A stretch of DNA of 64,000 nucleotides from Syntrophorhabdaceae bacterium (GTDB lineage: Bacteria > Desulfobacterota > Syntrophorhabdia > Syntrophorhabdales > Syntrophorhabdaceae): the NCBI GenBank assembly GCA_963665295.1, contig OY762209.1:5408001-5472000 (forward strand), read 5' to 3'. Both the position numbers and the translations under genes were made by a program. The notes below the pieces were generated by a model. It searched no databases and was not told the DNA's origin. It worked only from the letters and a program-made list of their open reading frames with translations. Shown piece by piece: positions 58,398 through 64,000 of the stretch. The first letter of the stretch is position 1, and each line of letters starts with the position of its first letter.

Positions 58398-58465
58398 TTG
58401 CAATTTCTATCATCGATTTGCAATTCCCTATCACCCAAATGCAAACATTTTGGATGTTACTATCA
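58398..58465 (-). repeat. Putative right-end transposase-binding sites
   Basis: TTGCAATTTCTATCA (58398), TTGCAATTCCCTATCA (58418), CTATCACCCAAATGCAA; inverted relative to left-end sites. Confidence 0.7.
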
Positions 58466-58643
58466 AATGGCGCGCAATTTACTTAGATGCCGGGAGGCAC
58501 TACCAGAGGGCATTTAGGTCCATTCTTGGTTTCCGATCTGAATTGGCCTGTCTATGGAAGTGTCTGAATTTATACGGGGAACGGTATAATGTTTGCCCCC
58601 GGCGACCTTTGTTCTTTTCTACAAATTAATTGGAGCCGCGGAA

Positions 58644-58782
58644 TAGGCGGCCGCACGGGACGGACACTTCAGATGGGTCAGGCTGTGAAGGGAGGCTGGG
58701 CGTCGTCGTACTCAAGTACGACAGAGCACGCCTCCCTTTGCAGAGTGGCCTATATGGAGCGTCCGTTCCGTGCGGCCGCCTA
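58644..58782 (+). repeat. 139-bp imperfect palindrome with TA termini (ERIC/MITE-like or ncRNA)
   Basis: TAGGCGGCCGCACGGGACGGAC...GTCCGTTCCGTGCGGCCGCCTA; pairing continues to the apical GTCGTAC-TCAA-GTACGAC. Confidence 0.8.
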
Positions 58783-58950
58783 AGGACTTGCATTACGGAA
58801 GCAACTTGCCCCATTTCAGCACCCAACCCACATTGCGCTCTTTTCCCGCTTTTCCGCTTTTCCCGCTTCTCCCCTTGCATTCGCAGAGGGATGAAGTAGA
58901 ATATCATCAGGCTCTGAAGATCCATACGAACTCAACGCAAGGAGGATCAT

Positions 58951-60210
58951 ATGACCGTACGAAAGATCAACCCGGCTGACATGGCCATGCGACAGATCGA
59001 ACTCGCGGCACAGCACCTCGACATCGACCACGGGGTGCTCGAAAAGATCAAGTACACGGAGCGGGACATTATCGTTCACTTTCCCGTAAAGATGGACGAT
59101 GGCGTCGTGCAGGTCTTTACAGGCTATCGCATCCAGCACAACGACACCCGGGGACCTTTCAAGGGGGGACTCCGCTACCATCCCGACGTGGACCTCGACG
59201 AAGTGCGCGCCCTTGCCATGTGGATGACCTGGAAGTCCGCCGTGGTAAACATCCCCTTCGGCGGCGCAAAAGGCGGCGTGGCGTGCAATCCGAAATCCCT
59301 CTCCCCGGGCGAACTCGAAAGGATCACGCGGCGCTTTACCTGGGAAATATCCTCCTTCATCGGTCCCGAGCGGGATATCCCCGCTCCCGACGTATACACG
59401 AACCCCCAGGTCATGGCGTGGATCATGGATACCTACAGCATCCGCAAGGGCTATGCCGTCCCCGGCGTGGTCACGGGCAAGCCTATCTGCCTGGGCGGCT
59501 CCCTGGGACGCTTCGAAGCCACTGCCAAGGGGGTCTTCGTAACGGCCTCGGAGGCTGCAAAGCACCTCAATATCCCCATGGAGTCGGCGAGGGTCGCCAT
59601 CCAGGGGGCAGGCAACGTGGGAGGCGTGGCCGCCAGATTCTTCGAGCAGGCGGGGGCCAAAGTCATCGCCATCAGCGATTCCAAGAACGGGTCCTATAAC
59701 CCCCGGGGCCTCAACGTGAGCAGGGCCCTCGACTGCAAGGACCGCTACAGTTGCTTCATCGAGGAGGAAATAGGGGAAGCGGAGACCATCACGAACGAGG
59801 AACTGCTGGAACTGGAGTGCGACATACTCGTGCCCTGCGCCCTGGAGGGCCAGATCACCGGTGAGAACGCGCCGAACCTCAAGTGCAAGCTCGTGGTGGA
59901 AGGCGCCAACGGACCCACCACCCCCGACGCGGACGAAATCCTCTGTGATCGCGGGATATTTGTCGTGCCCGACATACTCGCCAACGCGGGAGGGGTGACG
60001 GTGTCTTACTTCGAGTGGGTCCAGAATCTGCAGGAACTATTGTGGAATGAAGAAGAGGTTTCCCAGCGCCTCACCAACATCATGTCCCGGAGCTTCTTCG
60101 AGGTACTCAGGATCAGTGAGGAGAAGAAGGTCAACATGAGAATAGCCGCCCTCATCCTGGGGATCGGAAGGGTGGCCGAGGCAGTGCAACTGAGGGGCAT
60201 CTTCCCGTGA
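58951..60210 (+). CDS. gdhA: Glutamate dehydrogenase (Glu/Leu/Phe/Val family)
   Basis: GPFKGGLRYHP, MTWK, GGAKGG, DIPAPD, EGANGP, NAGGVTVSYFEWVQN. Confidence 0.95.
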   Translation: MTVRKINPADMAMRQIELAAQHLDIDHGVLEKIKYTERDIIVHFPVKMDDGVVQVFTGYRIQHNDTRGPFKGGLRYHPDVDLDEVRALAMWMTWKSAVVNIPFGGAKGGVACNPKSLSPGELERITRRFTWEISSFIGPERDIPAPDVYTNPQVMAWIMDTYSIRKGYAVPGVVTGKPICLGGSLGRFEATAKGVFVTASEAAKHLNIPMESARVAIQGAGNVGGVAARFFEQAGAKVIAISDSKNGSYNPRGLNVSRALDCKDRYSCFIEEEIGEAETITNEELLELECDILVPCALEGQITGENAPNLKCKLVVEGANGPTTPDADEILCDRGIFVVPDILANAGGVTVSYFEWVQNLQELLWNEEEVSQRLTNIMSRSFFEVLRISEEKKVNMRIAALILGIGRVAEAVQLRGIFP

Positions 60211-60292
60211 TCACGGTTATGATAGTCATGGGCATCTGAATCCCTTCCCGGCCGTCACAAGGGGGGGGGATCATGGAAAAGGGCGGACCGCG

Positions 60293-61483
60293 TCAGGACT
60301 GCCCTTCCTCGCCCGACGGCCCCTTTCCCCCCGCCTTTGCCAGGGTCTCCTCGATCTCCTTCTTAATGTCGATCATAAGTATGTGACTCTCGGGCGTGTA
60401 GGCGGCGGTCTTTATCTCCGCGGCCCGCTTCAGGGCCCCGATGACGATTTCCGTTTTTTCCGCCTGCTCTTTCACCGCCTTGAGGGAGGCGAGCCTTACC
60501 TCTTCGGAGTCGGCACGTTCGCTTCGCCTCACCATCCCGCCGATTATGGCGTTCGCGTTGAGGAGGTAGTGAGACAGGGTGACCATGAGCTGATGGAGCG
60601 TTTCCAGGGCAATGGTCTTTCTCTCGTTTTCGAGTTCCGCCACCCGGAGGCGCTGTCTTTCGACCTCCATCCTCGCCGTGATATCCCGGCAGATGCCCGC
60701 TGTCGCAGTTTCTCCTTCATAGGTGATGAGTTTCACCTTGTTCTCCGTATAGAGCCGGGACCCGTCCTTGAAGAGCCGGAGATAGACGTACTGGTCCCGT
60801 GTTTCCTCCATGGACATCCTCGCCTCGTACAGTTTCCTCAGTTCGGCCCTGGACTCGGGCGCCACGAAAGAAAAGAAGGGTTTGCCGACCACTTCTTCAA
60901 GGGCGTAGCCGTGCATGTCGCAAAAAGCCTTGTTGGCAAAAACTATCACACCTTTCTGGTGGACAAAATATCCGTCGTTGATCTCTTCCACCAGGACACG
61001 GTACTTTGCCTCCGATTCGGCCAGCTCCCTGGTCCTCTCCCCGATCTCGCATTCCAGGGCCTCGGCGCGTTTCCTGATTTCCCTTTCGTGGAGAGACTGG
61101 AAATAATCACTGAACTTCCTGATAGCGTAACTCATGCCGTCGTTGACCTTTTCGAGCGCCTCAAAGAGGGGCGGGCCCTCGAATTCCTTCATGAGGATCG
61201 GCAGGAGTACGGGCCTGTACAGCTCAAAAGCCATCTGCACTTCGGAGAGGGAAAAATCCCCTTCGAGTCTCAGCTTCGCGATCCTCTCGATAAGGGCGTC
61301 CATCTTCGAATGGTCTGCCTGGGTCAGGGTTGCGAAGAATGCATCGATCGCTTCCGAGATCGTGCTGACAAGCTCTTCGAGAGGCCGGCTTGAATAGCGT
61401 TCGCCCGCTTCCGTATGGAGACGCCGGGCCCATTCCTCCATAATCCCGCCCTTGTGCTTTTCAAGTATTTGCGCGAGGTCCAT
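60293..61483 (-). CDS. Sensor protein: globin-like/RsbRD-type N-domain, PAS, HisKA-like helix; no ATPase domain
   Basis: PAS (FANKAFCDMHGY...CRDIT), H-box-like LSHYLLNAN; ends ~70 aa later. Confidence 0.75.
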   Translation of the reverse strand: MDLAQILEKHKGGIMEEWARRLHTEAGERYSSRPLEELVSTISEAIDAFFATLTQADHSKMDALIERIAKLRLEGDFSLSEVQMAFELYRPVLLPILMKEFEGPPLFEALEKVNDGMSYAIRKFSDYFQSLHEREIRKRAEALECEIGERTRELAESEAKYRVLVEEINDGYFVHQKGVIVFANKAFCDMHGYALEEVVGKPFFSFVAPESRAELRKLYEARMSMEETRDQYVYLRLFKDGSRLYTENKVKLITYEGETATAGICRDITARMEVERQRLRVAELENERKTIALETLHQLMVTLSHYLLNANAIIGGMVRRSERADSEEVRLASLKAVKEQAEKTEIVIGALKRAAEIKTAAYTPESHILMIDIKKEIEETLAKAGGKGPSGEEGQS

Positions 61484-61606
61484 TCAAGTATCCTACGACG
61501 GAAAGGGCAGTCAGTCAAGGAGGAACGCGGGCGGGCGCCTGGCGCTTACCCTTGAAATAAGCGGTCACCGTGCATAAAATGAAGCAGAATCAGGGAGGTT
61601 GTTCAC

Positions 61607-62089
61607 GTGTCGCGTCAAACCCTCTGTCGGCTCACGGTAATCGTCATCCTCTGTGTCCTCGGGGCACATCCTGTATGCCCCGTCTCTCACGCAGTTGCGG
61701 GAAACCCGGCGGACAAGGAAGGGGAAACCATGGGCCGGGCCGGATACGAGAGGCTCCTTTTAAAAACTCAGAATGAGGGAACAGTGCGGGTCATCGTGCG
61801 CCTTGGCGTGCCCTTCTCTGCTGAGGCCGCCCCCTCCGCCCGCGACGCAACAGACCGGCGTTCCGCCATCACGAAGGCACAGGACAGGGTGTTGAGGGAA
61901 CTGGCCGCCAGAGGACTGAAACCTGCTGCCTTACACAAGTACAGGTACACCCCCTATATGGCCATGACAGTCGGCGCCGAGGCCCTCGAAGCCCTGGCAG
62001 CGTCTCCGGACGTGGCGGGCATCGAAGAGGATGTCCCGGCCAGGCCGTCCTCGTATCTTCAGTTTGATTTCACGTACTTTTTAGTGTAA
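61607..62089 (+). CDS. Exported protein resembling a subtilase I9 prodomain, without catalytic domain
   Basis: Signal peptide; GTVRVIVRL...AQDRVL...YTPYMAMTV...LAASPDVAGIEED then stop. Confidence 0.6.
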   Translation: MSRQTLCRLTVIVILCVLGAHPVCPVSHAVAGNPADKEGETMGRAGYERLLLKTQNEGTVRVIVRLGVPFSAEAAPSARDATDRRSAITKAQDRVLRELAARGLKPAALHKYRYTPYMAMTVGAEALEALAASPDVAGIEEDVPARPSSYLQFDFTYFLV

Positions 62090-62132
62090 ATTTACCAAAA
62101 CACGGGGTCCTTCCAGTGCAGGAAGGCGACCC

Positions 62133-62969
62133 GTGCATGGCGGAAAACACGTGACCAAGCGAGATAACATGGAATCCCCGGAACAGTTGACAGGCACCCA
62201 GCGCCCTACGCTGCCTTTGTCCGTATACATGATCACCCTCAATAACGGCAAGACCATCGAAAGAGCCCTTCAGAGCGCGGCAGGGTGGGCAAACGAGGTG
62301 GTGGTAGTCGACTCCCACAGCTCCGACGGCTCGCCCGAGATCATGAAACGCTATACAGACAGGGTCATTCAATACGAAAACAACAACTTCAGAGAAAAAT
62401 ACCAGTACGCACAGGACTGCTGCCGGAATCCGTGGGTCCTTTTTATCGACGCGGATGAGTGGCTCACAGAAGGCATCAAGGAAGAGATAGGCAGGGTAAT
62501 CACGTCGGACACGGCATACTCCGGCTTCGTGGTGTCCCGGAGAAACATATATCTCGGAAGAGAGATAAAATACGGCGGGTGGTATCCCGACGAGGAAATA
62601 AGGCTCTACAGGAAAGATAAGGGATACTGGAAAGGCGACCTCCACGCGAAGGTCACCATTGCCGATAAAGTGGGGCGGCTGAAGAGTCATTACATGCACA
62701 CCCCCTATTCCGATACGTCGGACCAGATAAAGACCATAGACCGTTATTCGGCCACCTATGCCCATGACCTCCGCGCCCGGGGGCGAACCTTCCACCTGAT
62801 CAACCTCCTTTTCAGGCCCCCTTATCGCTTCTTCAGGGATTACATCATGAAAAGGGGGTTCCTTGACGGATTGCCCGGCATCATCATCATCGCATGCACC
62901 ATGTTCTACGTCTTCATGAAACACGCGAAGCTCTGGGAGATCGAGAGGGAAGACAAGACCCGCGATTGA
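62133..62969 (+). CDS. GT2 glycosyltransferase (LPS beta-glucosyltransferase-like); start may be 62169
   Basis: VVVDSHSSDGS, WVLFIDADE, GWYPD, GFLDG. Confidence 0.9.
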   Translation: MHGGKHVTKRDNMESPEQLTGTQRPTLPLSVYMITLNNGKTIERALQSAAGWANEVVVVDSHSSDGSPEIMKRYTDRVIQYENNNFREKYQYAQDCCRNPWVLFIDADEWLTEGIKEEIGRVITSDTAYSGFVVSRRNIYLGREIKYGGWYPDEEIRLYRKDKGYWKGDLHAKVTIADKVGRLKSHYMHTPYSDTSDQIKTIDRYSATYAHDLRARGRTFHLINLLFRPPYRFFRDYIMKRGFLDGLPGIIIIACTMFYVFMKHAKLWEIEREDKTRD

Positions 62970-63022
62970 CAACATCCCCTCTGTATTGTTATAAGGAATA
63001 AAATCAAACCCGGAGGCTGCAA

Positions 63023-63391
63023 TTGGCGTATTTCATCAAGTTCAAGACCAACTCGGACAGCAGGGGCCATTTGACGGTAATCGAAAAAGAGATACCCTTC
63101 GACATAAAACGGGTCTATTACATCTATGGTGTGGCGCCCGGGTCAATAAGGGGCCAACACCGCCACCACAGGACCGTCCACGCCCTGGTCTGCCTTAAGG
63201 GCAGTTGCGACCTCTACATAAACGACGGCAAAAAGAAGGAAAGGATAACCTTGAGCGGCCCGGACCAGGGCCTCATACTCCCGCCGGAAGACTGGCATTC
63301 AATGTATAATTTTTCTGAGGACGCGATCCTAATGGTGCTTGCCTCGGAGTACTATGACCCTGATGAGTACATCGCGGAGGAATACCTGTGA
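63023..63391 (+). CDS. dTDP-4-keto-6-deoxyhexose 3,4-isomerase (FdtA/QdtA cupin)
   Basis: [36 protein letters not shown]. Confidence 0.9.
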   Translation: MAYFIKFKTNSDSRGHLTVIEKEIPFDIKRVYYIYGVAPGSIRGQHRHHRTVHALVCLKGSCDLYINDGKKKERITLSGPDQGLILPPEDWHSMYNFSEDAILMVLASEYYDPDEYIAEEYL

Positions 63392-64000
63392 TCGAGTACG
63401 AGAACCTGGAGAGGGTCAACCGGATCTTTTTTGACGACTTTGTCGAAAGTTTCAAGGATACCCTGAAGAGGGGATGGTTTGTACTGGGCAGAAACGTGGA
63501 GGCCTTCGAGAAGGAATTCGCCCGGTATCTCGGGTGCCGCGCGTGCGTGGGGGTCGCCTCAGGACTGGACGCCCTTACCCTCTCTTTAAGTGCCCTTGAC
63601 CTGAAACGCACCGGGGAAGTCATCGTCCCGTCGAACACCTACATCGCCACGATCCTCGCGGTGGTCCACGCAGGCTTGAAGCCCATCCTCGTGGAGCCCG
63701 ATATCCGCACATACAACATAGACCCTTCGAAGATCGAAGAGAAGATAACCTCCCGCACCAGGGCGATCCTCGTGACCCACCTCTACGGCAAGTCGTGTGA
63801 TATGGACCCCATCATGGAAATCGCAGCTAAATTCGGCCTGAAGGTGGTCGAAGACTGTGCCCAGGCCCACGGCGCCGCGTACCGGGGGAAGATGGTCGGG
63901 GCTTTCGGGGATTTCGGTGCCTTCAGTTTTTACCCGACAAAGAACCTGGGGGCCCTGGGAGACGGCGGCGCGGTCACCACGGCAAACGAAGCAAACGCGG
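63388..64000 (+). CDS. DegT/DnrJ/EryC1/StrS aminotransferase (FdtB-like), partial
   Basis: Manual translation from GTG 63388: [43 protein letters not shown]. Confidence 0.92.
   Translation, partial: MIEYENLERVNRIFFDDFVESFKDTLKRGWFVLGRNVEAFEKEFARYLGCRACVGVASGLDALTLSLSALDLKRTGEVIVPSNTYIATILAVVHAGLKPILVEPDIRTYNIDPSKIEEKITSRTRAILVTHLYGKSCDMDPIMEIAAKFGLKVVEDCAQAHGAAYRGKMVGAFGDFGAFSFYPTKNLGALGDGGAVTTANEANA

Larger units (their letters stand above)
20480..58485 (+). mobile_element. Mu-like transposable prophage, ~38 kb, non-contractile tail; ends approximate
   Basis: Repressor/ner, DDE transposase + AAA ATPase, Gam, Mor, Mu gp27-gp32-like head genes, gp36/gp37-like genes, tail genes; inverted TGATAG..TTGCA sites at both ends. 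Confidence 0.93.

Noticed and set aside
20330..58452. TTTTG|TG (20335) ... CA|TTTTG (58447) as prophage termini with 5-bp duplication
   Set aside because: It would put the apparent host promoter of the HD-GYP gene inside the phage and leave a CTATCA site (58460-58465) outside; a T-rich 5-mer can match by chance. Not fully excluded.
20557..58660. CGGGA|TG (20562 or 20532) ... CA|CGGGA (58655) as termini
   Set aside because: The right copy lies inside one arm of the 139-bp palindrome, ~190 bp beyond the end sites, and the left copies belong to the GGGAT repeat array.
58838..58875. TTTTCCCGC-like short repeats before gdhA
   Set aside because: Low-complexity pyrimidine tract with only three degenerate units; no supportable function.
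1..64000. CRISPR array, rRNA or intact tRNA genes
   Set aside because: No regularly spaced repeat-spacer array or canonical structural RNA gene recognised by eye.

Overview
Bacterial chromosome segment, probably from an anaerobic deltaproteobacterium (inferred from gene content). Host genes at 1-20.3 kb: a Wsp/Frz-type chemosensory operon, Lon-type protease, SDR, secreted metallophosphoesterase, an ftsB/radical-SAM/LPS-heptose operon and a PAS-HD-GYP protein. An apparently near-complete ~38 kb Mu-like transposable prophage occupies ~20.5-58.5 kb: accessory left end, repressor/ner switch, MuA/MuB, Gam, Mor, lysis, Mu-type head genes and a non-contractile tail. Host genes resume at 58.6 kb (glutamate dehydrogenase, PAS sensor, GT2, FdtA/FdtB-like). 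The top candidate for a new system is at 42.8-44.1 kb. The MuF head protein has a nuclease-like C-terminal extension but no immunity ORF follows it. Instead, a perfect-consensus antisense sigma70 promoter points at a ~110-nt cloverleaf RNA with a kissing-loop contact, which may be an RNA antitoxin or tRNA decoy. Also notable are a HEPN-rich accessory island at the left end, a deleted DNA methylase fused to its structured leader, an IHF-centred site inside a CDS, and an ERIC-like hairpin. All family names come from motif recognition by eye; no database searches were run.
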